Source: a virus (Duplodnaviria; Caudoviricetes). From it: DNA of 54,940 nt. How positions within the stretch are numbered: the stretch's first letter is position 1; the number at the start of each line of letters is the position of its first letter. Shown piece by piece: positions 45,297 to 54,940 of this stretch. Below the pieces are notes generated by a model. It did not search any database. It had not been told where the DNA came from and saw only the letters and a program-made list of their open reading frames with translations. Where the stretch lies: positions 1-54,940 of IMG/VR virus record IMGVR_UViG_3300027749_000137. One strand, given 5' to 3'. Made by a program: the position numbers and the translations under genes.

Positions 45297-47689
45297 TTCT
45301 GAGCCTCGTCAAGGGGGTTTAATACTGACGATAGGGGAACGGATTTCACTTCCCCACTGGGTTTACGCACAAATACCACTGCATTAGGAATGGTTGTCTT
45401 TTTACCTAAACCTTGAAGAAAAGTAGTCATGATTTTTTGTTCTTGCGGATCTGATGGCATTACAAAAGGATCATTTGCTGTCCCGATAGGTGGCGGAGAT
45501 ATGACGTAATTGTTTTTCTCATACCCTAATTGAGTTAAAACAGATTGGCGAGCATTTCGGAAATTTGCCTCCAGTGAGTTTAGAGTTCCTGCGGCCAACT
45601 CCTTATTTCTAAGGAAGCCATTTGGATCATTTAACTTAGAAGCTGCATCCCGTGCCCATTCTTGAACTTGCACGGGAACATGGCCACCTTGATCTATAGA
45701 AATCGATCCTTTAGTGATCGCATCAAATCCTGTAGTCAGACGGGTCATTGCATCTTGTACGTTAAGGTTAGGCTTAAATACTCCACCAGACAAAGGAACA
45801 AAAACATTATTTACTTTATCTATAATAAATGCCCCGGGGGAATATGCATTTGCCACAAGGCCTTTCATATTGTTTATGGTAGCAAGATTGTTATCTATCT
45901 GCGCCAACGCTTGACCTAACTTCAGTCGGGTATCCTTGTCCGTAGCCACAGTGGTTGGTGCTTGGCCAAGATTTCGGACATAGGGGTTATCCGTATCACG
46001 TAAGGTATACGGACTGGTAACAGCAGAAACCACTGAAGGATCTTGTGGATCAATACCAAAACCGTTGTAACTTCCTTGGCGAGTTTTAGAAATACGTCCA
46101 CCAAGGCCTGCGTCTTCCAATACATTTCCACCCAGTTTTGCTTGTTCGCGAATAAGACCGTAGTCACCTCTGAGCATCTCAAGCCTTATTGCTTGAGCGT
46201 ACTTATCTTGGCTATCCACATCAGTGATGGCTTGCGACAAGGCAGCGCTATCTACCTTCATCTGACGATCACGTTGTTGGGCCAAAATGGCTGCAAAGCC
46301 GCGAGGCACGCCGCTTGCTGCTTCACTCAACGCCATGGCAGCAGTCGGAGCGCGACTTGAACCAAACTTAAATCCTGCTTCAGACAGCAATAGCAAAGCA
46401 TTTGCCTTGGCATCTTCTGTATCGCCACCTAATAGTTCGCGGTACAAACCTTGGTAATCATTCTTCAGGTTCTTAATGCGATTCAAACGGTTTTGCGGTG
46501 TTTCAGGTTTTTCCGCAGTTGCGGATGTACCGGGCAAGAATGCACCAGAATCTTTGCCGCCTTGCTTAGAAAGCTGCTCATTAATGAACGAAGATACGTC
46601 CGATTCAGGTACGTTTTGATCAGAAAACACGGGTGCACTTTCAGGGGCCGTGGGCGGCGCTCCTCTGGCCGCTGCACCTTTAGGGTTAAAGTCTGGCTGT
46701 TTATAGCGAGCCTCTTTCCCTGTATTCATCGGCGATTCCGTAGCATTCAGATTAGCCACTGTCTGGTCATATGATGCCTGCGCTTCAGGGCTCATCGGAG
46801 TCGAATCACTGCCTGTTAGACCCAAAATAGAACCAATACCTGCAGTAGCCGCCCCAGCAGCTCCGACTGCCTTAGCGGCAGTTGGGTATTGCTGGGCAAG
46901 TTGGGTCAACCCTTGGCCAATGCCTTGGGATAATGTGGGGTACAGCAGTTCACCACCGCGATTAATCTGCTCAGCGGTAAAACGGCCACCCGGGCCGCGA
47001 ACATTGTCCAAAAATGGCTGGCTCATGCTGGGGTTCATGAACATACGGCCCATGGCAGCATCAGCTTGGCTCAAGTAAGGAGCGGCACGTGCACCAACAT
47101 TCTGTGCCATCTGCGCAACCCGCATAGCAGGAGTGGCCAAGGCTCCAAAAAAAGCATGCATTGGAGGCATACCATCTGGTGTTGGAGGCTCTACAGCGCC
47201 TCCGTGTGCCATGCCTTGCGGAGCTTGTTCAGCCCCGCCCTGCGGTAAAGGGCTGGCACTCTCCATGCCCGGGGGCATGGCTCCTTGAGGGGGTGCTGCT
47301 CCTTGATCAGGCGGCGGTGCACCCATATCAGGAGGGGGCATTCCCTGTGCTTGTGGCAAAGCGCCAATACCCTGTTGGGGCGGAGGTTGTTGCTGAGCTA
47401 ACTGCATTTGCAGCATAGCCAAAACTTCAGGCGGGGTTTCATCCGCAGCATCTTCGCCAACCATCAAAGCCAGTTCTTGCCTACGTGCATCCACAGAGCG
47501 GATATCACCACGCAGGTTATTCATCAAAATCTCAGGATTCTGGGGGGTACGAGCCATAGAAGGCATCGTGTCCTCTTCTGGAGGCTGCATGTCTTTTTCA
47601 TCAAACCCAGACATGATGCCCGTGTTCCGCGAGGCTTTAGACAAGGGCATCGCAAACATCGCCCGCTTCAGGATATCGTTTTTCATCAT
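45293..47689 (-). CDS. Ejection/internal virion protein
   Basis: 798 aa; ILKRAMF N-terminus and Pro/Gln low-complexity segment. Confidence 0.6.
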   Translation of the reverse strand: MMKNDILKRAMFAMPLSKASRNTGIMSGFDEKDMQPPEEDTMPSMARTPQNPEILMNNLRGDIRSVDARRQELALMVGEDAADETPPEVLAMLQMQLAQQQPPPQQGIGALPQAQGMPPPDMGAPPPDQGAAPPQGAMPPGMESASPLPQGGAEQAPQGMAHGGAVEPPTPDGMPPMHAFFGALATPAMRVAQMAQNVGARAAPYLSQADAAMGRMFMNPSMSQPFLDNVRGPGGRFTAEQINRGGELLYPTLSQGIGQGLTQLAQQYPTAAKAVGAAGAATAGIGSILGLTGSDSTPMSPEAQASYDQTVANLNATESPMNTGKEARYKQPDFNPKGAAARGAPPTAPESAPVFSDQNVPESDVSSFINEQLSKQGGKDSGAFLPGTSATAEKPETPQNRLNRIKNLKNDYQGLYRELLGGDTEDAKANALLLLSEAGFKFGSSRAPTAAMALSEAASGVPRGFAAILAQQRDRQMKVDSAALSQAITDVDSQDKYAQAIRLEMLRGDYGLIREQAKLGGNVLEDAGLGGRISKTRQGSYNGFGIDPQDPSVVSAVTSPYTLRDTDNPYVRNLGQAPTTVATDKDTRLKLGQALAQIDNNLATINNMKGLVANAYSPGAFIIDKVNNVFVPLSGGVFKPNLNVQDAMTRLTTGFDAITKGSISIDQGGHVPVQVQEWARDAASKLNDPNGFLRNKELAAGTLNSLEANFRNARQSVLTQLGYEKNNYVISPPPIGTANDPFVMPSDPQEQKIMTTFLQGLGKKTTIPNAVVFVRKPSGEVKSVPLSSVLNPLDEAQK

Positions 47690-47695
47690 GTTTCC

Positions 47696-48766
47696 TTAGA
47701 ACAGTCCGAGTTTTGCGCCTGCCGCTGCACCGGCCACGAGTCCAGTACCGAGGCCCGCGATCTGCTGGAATGGGCTGGGTGTTGGCTGCATTGCAGTGGT
47801 AACGCCCATCTGCGAAGAAGGCGCACCTTTGTAGATGTCCGACTGGAAAGCCAATTGCTGATATGGCTGCATTGCGTTTTGCATTGCAGTTGCGCGTTGC
47901 GCGTCCAGCACTGCTTGGCTCTGTTTCTGTTGTACAGATCCAAAGTTGTATAGTTGGTTGACATCGTTCTGGCCAAGTCCCTGTGCCGTCTGACCAAGTG
48001 CTGCTTGTTGGGTGCCAAGATTGCCATATTGGGTGCCAAGTGCACCGATTCCTTGTGCCATTTGCTGGCCAATGCCAAACTGCTGAGCAGCTAAATTTCC
48101 GATTCCTTGGCCAACACCCTGCAAAGCTTGCGACTTCTGCAGTTGAGCGGCTTGTTCAGTATTGAACTGATTTTGTGCATTTTGATATGCATTTTGCAGT
48201 CCAGTTTGCTGGTTATTATTCATTAACTGGCTAAGATTGCGTTCACGCTCAGCACGCATAATTGCATCTCGGGAGCCACCAAAAGCACCAGACTGCGTAG
48301 CCTGTGCTTGCTGTTGTGTACCTTGAATATCAGCTTGACGCTGAGCTTCACGATTTTGAATGTCTATTACATTTTGCATGTAAGGAGACATATAGTTCGC
48401 AGCATTAGCTCCAGTGTTGAAGCTTTGGCCTGCATTTTGGGCAGATTGTCCTGCCATATTCAATGCGCTTTGGCCTCCTGCAAATTGACCACGGGTATCT
48501 GCACCTTGCATAAGGTTAGCAGCAGTGCCCAGCATACCTGCGCCTTGGCCCATAGTCTGGCCAGCACCTGTTAAATAAGGCTGATAAGCACCAATCCCTT
48601 GTTGGCCGATATTAATGGCAGCTTTTTGCTGGTCCGTGAGCCCCGCAACTTGGTAATTAGGGAGCGTAGGAGCTTGAAGTTTAGAGGCTGTATCAAGCAG
48701 CCCCATCTTGTAGGCTTCAATGTCCGGCGCTTCCCGGACTATTTGTTCTGATATGGTTGCGTCCAT
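47696..48766 (-). CDS. Gln-rich DNA-transfer/pilot-like protein
   Basis: YMSPY.QNVI, GAFGGSR, Gln/Gly repeats and a hydrophobic C-terminus. Confidence 0.65.
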   Translation of the reverse strand: MDATISEQIVREAPDIEAYKMGLLDTASKLQAPTLPNYQVAGLTDQQKAAINIGQQGIGAYQPYLTGAGQTMGQGAGMLGTAANLMQGADTRGQFAGGQSALNMAGQSAQNAGQSFNTGANAANYMSPYMQNVIDIQNREAQRQADIQGTQQQAQATQSGAFGGSRDAIMRAERERNLSQLMNNNQQTGLQNAYQNAQNQFNTEQAAQLQKSQALQGVGQGIGNLAAQQFGIGQQMAQGIGALGTQYGNLGTQQAALGQTAQGLGQNDVNQLYNFGSVQQKQSQAVLDAQRATAMQNAMQPYQQLAFQSDIYKGAPSSQMGVTTAMQPTPSPFQQIAGLGTGLVAGAAAGAKLGLF

Positions 48767-48768
48767 GA

Positions 48769-50937
48769 TTAACCCCGTGTTGCGTTGCGTTCTAGTTGAT
48801 GCATAAGGGCGTACATTTTCTTAGCCCCGGCTAATTTGCTGCCTTTTCCTGCGCCACGCACGGCTTTGGCCGTCATAACGAATTCTCCATCCGACAACAT
48901 GGCTGGAATAGAGTCAGAAGTCTCGGTCCCCGGTCCTTGGATAGACCCCATTTTTCGGGGATAACTTGCTGTATCCATAGGATAACTGCCCTTGGACAAT
49001 GAAGCAATACCCATGTTAGCGGCTCCACCCATAGCCGCAGTACGTAGTGTACCGGGTGTGTACGGGACAGAACTACTAGGAACCTCTGTATCGCGCAAAG
49101 GAGGAGTAGCCGGGGACCAAGGATTAGACCCAACAATTCTGCCTTGGGCATCATAAACAATACCAAATCGTTCCATTCCTTTTGGAACATATTTTCCGGG
49201 GTTTGCAGCAACATCTGCCCGCTGCTGTGCAATCTGGGCCATGATGTCGTTCTTCATGGAAGAATCAACCGGATTTGGTTGGAATCCACCAGTCAAGCCT
49301 AATGCACCGATGCCAGCGGCTACGGCAGGGCCGTAGGTTCGGACCATTCCCGGAGCTTGGTCCGCGACACGTTTTGCAGCATCCGTGTAGGACATCCCCT
49401 TATCCATGTAACTTTGGATGGCCGCATCCTTTTGTGCAGCAGACATTCCGGGGCTAAACAAATCTGTCGCACCCTTTTGAAACTGATCAAAACTTCCGTT
49501 TTTGATCCCGCCATACATGTTTTCGACAGACTGCCCAATTGTTGGGGCCTGATAGCCTCCGGGGGCTGTTGCACCTTGGGCAACATTTGTTCCCTGTGCG
49601 CTTTTTGCAGCGTTGGCCATGGCCATATCGTTGCTAAATACCCCTTGTTGTGGAGCAGCACCTTGAGGCGCAGCCTGAGCAGCAGATTGGTATGTGCTGG
49701 GTGGCCCGCCTACTTGTGTAGGAGCCTGTACACCTTGGGCAGCGGATTGGTATGTATCCGGAGGACCCATCACTAAACTGGGAGCCGGGGTTGCTGGCGC
49801 TTGGGCCGCGCCCAAGTTTGCATTACCCGATACTGACTGCCCTGTAACCGGTTGGCCAAAAACAGGTTGCCCAGTTGGGGTGTTAGGTTGCCCTAACATA
49901 CTGCGGTCTTCAATCGGGGCTTTTTCGCCACCTGCGCCACCAGATACCAGTGATGCTCCCCCGGAAATAGCACCAGCTACCAATCCATTTTGAATGGATT
50001 TTTCCAGTGATTGGCCTTGTAGCAATCCTGCACCAGTGCCTACCAAACCAGCAGAAATAGCAGCATTAACTGCTGGTGCAGCCATTGCACCACCAAAACT
50101 GCCGACAAAGTCAGAAACTACACCGCCCGGGGCAGCAAAGTAAGCCGTTGCACCATTGATTAATGCAGTTTTAAGATCCTGCCCCGCTGCCAACGAAGTA
50201 AGTGCAGAAGCAGCAGGCAAGCCTACAAAAGTAGCAAGTGCAACTGTGGCAATAACCCGAATAATCGGATTTTGTAGGGCACTCTTAATACCATCACCTA
50301 CCTTGTTAAGTACATCGCCAACACCATTAAAAAAATTCTCAATAACGTTACCAAACTCAGGTAAGCCTGTGGAAGGATTCATGGTCCCTGCGCCGCCATG
50401 CATACGCAATAAGTGCGCTTCTTTTGGGGTGATATGGGCAAGCATGGTGTCCTCGCCACGGCCTTGACTCATCAAGGACCGAGCGGCTTCGGCAATACCT
50501 CCGCGAGCCATGGTCGCTGGTGGTTCCATCGGTGCAGTAGGGGCTTGTTGCTGTGCTGACTGCTGGCGCTTCATCTTTGTATCCAGAAGTACCATGCCCA
50601 ACGTAGCTACAAATTCAGGGCTGTATTGCTCAGGAAATACGCCCTGTTTCAGTGCACCAGACTGGATCAATTTAGCCAAAATGGCTCCATATTGATCTGG
50701 GTGATCCTTCATAAATTGCACCAGTTGCAGCAATTTATCTAGGGTGGCATCGTCTACCTGATCGAGGATCGGGGACATTTGTGCCATCATCTGATCCACT
50801 GCTTGCGAAGTAGATGGGCTGGCATTGTGCAAACCTTGGCGGACAGCGCTGTATGACTCCTCAAGGCTCAGGGGCGGAGGAGGGGCTTGGTCACTTTGGG
50901 GCAGTGCCATGATTCCTTGGTTTGGTGCGGTTGCCAT
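48769..50937 (-). CDS. Ejection/internal virion protein
   Basis: GRGEDTMLAHI...NP.TGLPEF, a Gly/Ala hydrophobic segment and GPGTETSDSIPAMLSDGEFV. Confidence 0.65.
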   Translation of the reverse strand: MATAPNQGIMALPQSDQAPPPPLSLEESYSAVRQGLHNASPSTSQAVDQMMAQMSPILDQVDDATLDKLLQLVQFMKDHPDQYGAILAKLIQSGALKQGVFPEQYSPEFVATLGMVLLDTKMKRQQSAQQQAPTAPMEPPATMARGGIAEAARSLMSQGRGEDTMLAHITPKEAHLLRMHGGAGTMNPSTGLPEFGNVIENFFNGVGDVLNKVGDGIKSALQNPIIRVIATVALATFVGLPAASALTSLAAGQDLKTALINGATAYFAAPGGVVSDFVGSFGGAMAAPAVNAAISAGLVGTGAGLLQGQSLEKSIQNGLVAGAISGGASLVSGGAGGEKAPIEDRSMLGQPNTPTGQPVFGQPVTGQSVSGNANLGAAQAPATPAPSLVMGPPDTYQSAAQGVQAPTQVGGPPSTYQSAAQAAPQGAAPQQGVFSNDMAMANAAKSAQGTNVAQGATAPGGYQAPTIGQSVENMYGGIKNGSFDQFQKGATDLFSPGMSAAQKDAAIQSYMDKGMSYTDAAKRVADQAPGMVRTYGPAVAAGIGALGLTGGFQPNPVDSSMKNDIMAQIAQQRADVAANPGKYVPKGMERFGIVYDAQGRIVGSNPWSPATPPLRDTEVPSSSVPYTPGTLRTAAMGGAANMGIASLSKGSYPMDTASYPRKMGSIQGPGTETSDSIPAMLSDGEFVMTAKAVRGAGKGSKLAGAKKMYALMHQLERNATRG

Positions 50938-50970
50938 AGTAATTCCTTGCTAAAAATCAGGTAAATGTTA

Positions 50971-51633
50971 TCACGCCGGTAGCGCTGAGACAAACGATAG
51001 CGTGGCTACCACAGACTGGGTAGAAGGCCGGACGGGGCCAGTGGTTGCTGCATAGGCTTGAATAGTTACTGATGCCAAAGTAGTTGACCAGTAAATTTCT
51101 ATGTACTGCCCAGCGGTTAAGCTAACGTAGTAGTTCCACCCAATAATCTCATGGGCTTCCTGTCCAGCCGACGCGCTTTTTCTTGCGGGAATAGATACAT
51201 AGCCTGTGGAGCCCGTAATGTCGGTACCGTTTTGGCGCAGCCAAATGCTGATATCTTGGATGGCATTATCCGTATTTTGAAACTGAGTGCTGAACTGGAG
51301 GTTGTATATACCGGCGTTGGCTACAGTAATTTTGGAGCTTGCGATACTTACACCATTGGAAAAGTCCGTGGTGTTTAGCGTCATCAACGTAGCTGTGTTT
51401 GCCGTAGTTGTTTGGGACTGGTCGCTAGAAAACGCCCCATAAGGGAGCCGAATCCCTGCGCCCCCGGAGGATGCCATCAACTGCTGGTTAAAGTTGTCTA
51501 GCCTATTAAAGTAAAGACGCAGGACGTTATTGAGCTGGTCTATGTACTGGGAATCATATTCCCGTGGGGCCAACGGTAAGCTAGGTGCAACTACTTTGTT
51601 GAGTTGGTAGTCCGAAGTAATGATGTAGCTCAT
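50971..51633 (-). CDS. Tail-associated protein with a C-terminal beta-sandwich
   Basis: LPLAP.EY...LRLYFN followed by AGIYNLQFS.Q; start refined by ATGA coupling. Confidence 0.65.
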   Translation of the reverse strand: MSYIITSDYQLNKVVAPSLPLAPREYDSQYIDQLNNVLRLYFNRLDNFNQQLMASSGGAGIRLPYGAFSSDQSQTTTANTATLMTLNTTDFSNGVSIASSKITVANAGIYNLQFSTQFQNTDNAIQDISIWLRQNGTDITGSTGYVSIPARKSASAGQEAHEIIGWNYYVSLTAGQYIEIYWSTTLASVTIQAYAATTGPVRPSTQSVVATLSFVSALPA

Positions 51634-53717
51634 CGGCGACCATCCTGACGGGTATCTATACGGGTTGATCCAAGCTGCCAAGATGTTCCAAGCACATTAG
51701 AACTTATTTTTAATATCATTTGTCGACCACGTACACGGGTAAATACTTGGCCAGTAAAACCTTCTGTTATTGTGTAAGAAGCCCCGGTTAGCTGGTCTAC
51801 ATTTGCAGCTACCGGAGTTCCTGTACCTGACCCAGAGTTTTTCATGGGATACAACGTGTATGTGACTTGCGGGCTAGAACCAGAATCTGAGCCAGAAAAA
51901 GTCAAATCAGGCAGCATGCGCCAGATGAACGCAAAGTGGTCACCATCTCCAATATCAAATTCAGAGGAAGATATAAAGGAATTGATTGGTAGCGTTGTAT
52001 CAGTTTCGTTGTCATCATTGCCATACTCTTGGTTGACCACGTTGTAGTTGTAAGTAGCCGCAAGTGGGTAATTACGTAAACCAGAGTCCAGCCATGCCGT
52101 ACGCGCCATAGAGCCGTAATACCAAGTGTTTTCAAGATAGTTGTACACCACGTACCTATCTATCGTACTGCTGGCAGCGGTGCAATAGAAAAACCAAACC
52201 TCATTAAAACCCTCGTTAGTGCTAGCAAACACTTGCTGGTTTTGGCCCAAGTTAATGTCTTGGTAGATAAATTTACGCAAATCACAATTTAGCGTTTGCA
52301 CCCGTCCATCATATTTATAAAACTTATCTATACCCATCCAATAGACTACGCCCGAAGCCTGTGCCACCGAGTTTTGGTTGAGGATAGATATGTTGTCACC
52401 AAGCAACTGCACCCCCCAAACATACGGTGGTCCAAGATACTGTAAAGAATAAATTGCAGCATCCGTCCAAACAATAATTTCTTGGCGTGTTTGAATTGTT
52501 GCAACAATATTAGTACCATGGGATAGGCGCACGCTACCGGCTTGGTTTGTGATTGCTGGTGTCCAGTTGGTGACCGACTCCTGATCCGACCAGCGAATCA
52601 GCATGGGGTCTTGCACCGTACTGCCAATGTCATTACAGCCAAAGGCAAATGTGAACCGGCTTACGTCAGAGACGTATACAAGATTTTGGATAATCGGCAC
52701 GTTAGACGCCCCTGACAACGAAGTCACCGGGACAAGGTTTGGCAGGATATAGTGCGTACCAGACTGCGTACCAGAGGTATTAATTGCAGCGCCGCCAACA
52801 GTTGCCGACAGGTTAAACGTAGAACCCGAAGCGTTGATGACGTAATACGTGGTGCCGGGAGTCAAGCCAGTTGGCAAAGCAGATGGGTAGCCGGAACTTG
52901 TCAAGATAACCGGGCTTCCGTTTGCCAAGGTAAGCGTGCTGGTTACTACTGCAGGACTAGCAATAGTCACGGTAAAAATAGAAGGAGAAACGCCGTAACT
53001 AGCATCCCAGTAGTACATTGGTCCTCCACGGAACCCAGCTACCAAATTTTGACCAAAGTTTGTTTGGCTCCACAAACGCAAAGAGGAGGTAGACGTACCA
53101 CCATATCCCCAGACACCAGCACCCCAAGCGCCAGCGCCCCAACCAGCCAAAGGAATTTCTGCATCCAAACCAACGTTGATCTGATACATAGCACCAACAG
53201 TCGTACCGCCACCTGCGGCTACTGTGGAACTTGCTTGGCTAGATGCTGTGATTGTGTACGTATTCGCATCAACGTAGGTAATTTTATACTCGCCGTTAAG
53301 GTTTAGCCCACCGACTGTAGCTGCATTATTGTAGGTAACATAATCATTATTGGTTGCGCCATGAGATGCGTGCGTTACCGTAACCGTAGTTTGGTTGATG
53401 GTTGTTTTGAACGGGTTGCTCAGGGTAGCGTAGCTACGGATGGGGGTTACATCGTTGTACGCACCGCCGTTCTCAATATAAAACTTGGAGCTTGTGCCTA
53501 ACCCCAATAAATTAAGATTAGATAGTGTTGTCCAATTCCACAGTGAACGGCAAATTCCAAGAAATTTTGCAGCGGAAAGCCGTGCCCAGCCCCCAATTTT
53601 TTCAGGGGTGCCTTGACGAAAACGCACTTTGTCCGACTGATACCAGCCGCCCTCGTTGGTATACCGAGTGTTTTCCCGGTTAACCCCCGGCTTCAAAACA
53701 AGTTTCTGTAACGGCAT
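51630..53717 (-). CDS. Tail nozzle/stabilisation protein (P22 gp10-like)
   Basis: KVRFRQG.PEKIGGW, DPMLIRWSDQE, YKYDGRVQ.L.C and C-terminal DGRR. Confidence 0.7.
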   Translation of the reverse strand: MPLQKLVLKPGVNRENTRYTNEGGWYQSDKVRFRQGTPEKIGGWARLSAAKFLGICRSLWNWTTLSNLNLLGLGTSSKFYIENGGAYNDVTPIRSYATLSNPFKTTINQTTVTVTHASHGATNNDYVTYNNAATVGGLNLNGEYKITYVDANTYTITASSQASSTVAAGGGTTVGAMYQINVGLDAEIPLAGWGAGAWGAGVWGYGGTSTSSLRLWSQTNFGQNLVAGFRGGPMYYWDASYGVSPSIFTVTIASPAVVTSTLTLANGSPVILTSSGYPSALPTGLTPGTTYYVINASGSTFNLSATVGGAAINTSGTQSGTHYILPNLVPVTSLSGASNVPIIQNLVYVSDVSRFTFAFGCNDIGSTVQDPMLIRWSDQESVTNWTPAITNQAGSVRLSHGTNIVATIQTRQEIIVWTDAAIYSLQYLGPPYVWGVQLLGDNISILNQNSVAQASGVVYWMGIDKFYKYDGRVQTLNCDLRKFIYQDINLGQNQQVFASTNEGFNEVWFFYCTAASSTIDRYVVYNYLENTWYYGSMARTAWLDSGLRNYPLAATYNYNVVNQEYGNDDNETDTTLPINSFISSSEFDIGDGDHFAFIWRMLPDLTFSGSDSGSSPQVTYTLYPMKNSGSGTGTPVAANVDQLTGASYTITEGFTGQVFTRVRGRQMILKISSNVLGTSWQLGSTRIDTRQDGRR

Positions 53718-53725
53718 CGCACATC

Positions 53726-54202
53726 CTAAGACAAAAATAGGGCACGTTCGTCAATGCGGCGGTTCTGCAACCCTTTGAGGATTTTACCCCCAGCCATGCA
53801 ATACTTCAAGAACTCGTCTGCAGCGCCCGTCTTATCCCCACGTAACAGTTTTTGGCGAAGCGTAGAACGCTGGAGTGTCCCAAGGCCCACGTTAAAAGAA
53901 AAACTGACAAGCCCATCAAACATACCCTGTGTAAGGCTGACAGGACAGAACTGCTCGACCCCGCGCTCAAATCTAGCCAAATCTGCTGCAAGTATTCCAT
54001 CTACTTCCTCCATAGGGAAAACCCTATCATCCTCTGCACGCAGAGAAACAGAATCCCGCTGCTCAATTTTTAGCTTGCCCTGCTCGGGATAAAGCACATG
54101 GCCTACGCCGATTGTCCAAAGGCGAGCAGGGCAACGATACGCACGTTGGCGAGTTCCCTCGTGGTGCTTGATGACCCCCAACGCTTTGGCAGATACTTTC
54201 AT
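53726..54202 (-). CDS. Endolysin (GH24 lysozyme)
   Basis: HEG...AYRCPA..WTIGVGH, FDGLVSFSFNVG and GL.NRR..E motifs. Confidence 0.92.
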   Translation of the reverse strand: MKVSAKALGVIKHHEGTRQRAYRCPARLWTIGVGHVLYPEQGKLKIEQRDSVSLRAEDDRVFPMEEVDGILAADLARFERGVEQFCPVSLTQGMFDGLVSFSFNVGLGTLQRSTLRQKLLRGDKTGAADEFLKYCMAGGKILKGLQNRRIDERALFLS

Positions 54203-54354
54203 TTGCGTTTTACCGTTTGAACACAACCAACCTTGTATCCCAGATCACGCCATTCCTGAGCCGCTTTCTGACAGGCGGCCTCGTATTCAAAGTACCCAAC
54301 CGTAGTGACGTACTGCATATTAATCCCCGATATAAGCACCAGAGTCCAGATCAT
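54199..54354 (-). CDS. Small lysis-region protein
   Basis: MIWTLVLISG...AACQKAA...GCVQ; coupled at both ends. Confidence 0.55.
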   Translation of the reverse strand: MIWTLVLISGINMQYVTTVGYFEYEAACQKAAQEWRDLGYKVGCVQTVKRK

Positions 54355-54866
54355 TTTCCAAAGGCCCGGCCCCCGAAGTGAAACGCAATAATCGAAGCAA
54401 ACAGGGCTTGGGTATTGGAATCCCACAGCTTCTCAGCCAGCACAGGGAACTGCACGCCGTTGTTGTAGCCGTAGATAAACAGGCCGATATCCACAAAGCA
54501 CAGTAGAGCAAAGAAACCAAGGGTAATAAAGCTACGAACACCTGCACGGAGGTTCTTCATCCACTGGCTGGTTCCCTCGTTCAGGGATTCGTCGTGCTGA
54601 TAGATGGCGTTCATCTCAGCGACTTGGGCATTGACTAGATTCTCGTTGCCCTTGGCAGTGGTCTCCATCTCAAGCTGGGCACTGTGAATCTGCTCTATAC
54701 GCTCCTGAGCCTCAAAGCCAGCCTTGCGCATCTCCAGCTCCCGCTCAATTTGCATCCGAGCCAAGTCCAGTTCGTGGCGTTTATCCTGCCGGTCTTGGAA
54801 AAAGTCCAGCAGTTTGGGCAAGCCGCCCATCAGGAAGGAGATTAGAGTTGATAGGATGGTAAGCAT
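54351..54866 (-). CDS. Putative holin
   Basis: N-terminal hydrophobic helix, coil, LRAGVR TM segment and IIAFHFGGR; adjacent to the endolysin. Confidence 0.65.
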   Translation of the reverse strand: MLTILSTLISFLMGGLPKLLDFFQDRQDKRHELDLARMQIERELEMRKAGFEAQERIEQIHSAQLEMETTAKGNENLVNAQVAEMNAIYQHDESLNEGTSQWMKNLRAGVRSFITLGFFALLCFVDIGLFIYGYNNGVQFPVLAEKLWDSNTQALFASIIAFHFGGRAFGK

Positions 54867-54869
54867 GGT

Positions 54870-54940
54870 TTAGTCCTTCCCGGTCAGGGATTTGATTTTG
54901 TTGTTTACTGGGGTTTTTTCTTCAAGGATTGCAATGTGCA
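54870..54940 (-). CDS. Partial CDS (3' end only)
   Basis: Open frame ...HIAILEEKTPVNNKIKSLTGKD-stop running off the window edge. Confidence 0.45.
   Translation of the reverse strand, partial: HIAILEEKTPVNNKIKSLTGKD

Overview
Near-complete, circularly permuted genome of a tailed dsDNA phage, probably podovirus-like. The window opens inside a tail-fibre gene and closes in the lysis cassette. The host is probably a freshwater Burkholderiales bacterium; this is inferred from repeated extended AGAAAGGA Shine-Dalgarno sites. Layout: (-) head and neck module (TerL, 1584-aa transglycosylase-bearing protein, portal, GroES, scaffold, major capsid, adaptors, fibres) at 1-19.7 kb; a G-rich non-coding interval; five promoter-bearing early cassettes that separate TerL from TerS (20.1-24 kb); an AT-rich origin-like divergence region at about 25.3-25.7 kb; a (+) array of small genes containing a GT60-like/GT2/methyltransferase trio; a (-) replication module (PolA Leu762, UvrD, AEP primase, SSB); (+) SNF2 helicase and PD-(D/E)xK nuclease; (-) ejection proteins, tail nozzle, endolysin and holin. 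I recognised no integrase, tRNA, CRISPR array or reverse transcriptase. The most notable unexplained signals are TonB-box-like repeats inside a mucin-like virion protein, a possible phage O-glycosylation system, two candidate structured RNAs, a modular early-promoter motif, a genome-wide CCNNGG-N heptamer motif and a shared aromatic/Met-x-x-GG motif in virion-internal proteins. All protein family calls come from motif recognition by eye, not from database searches.
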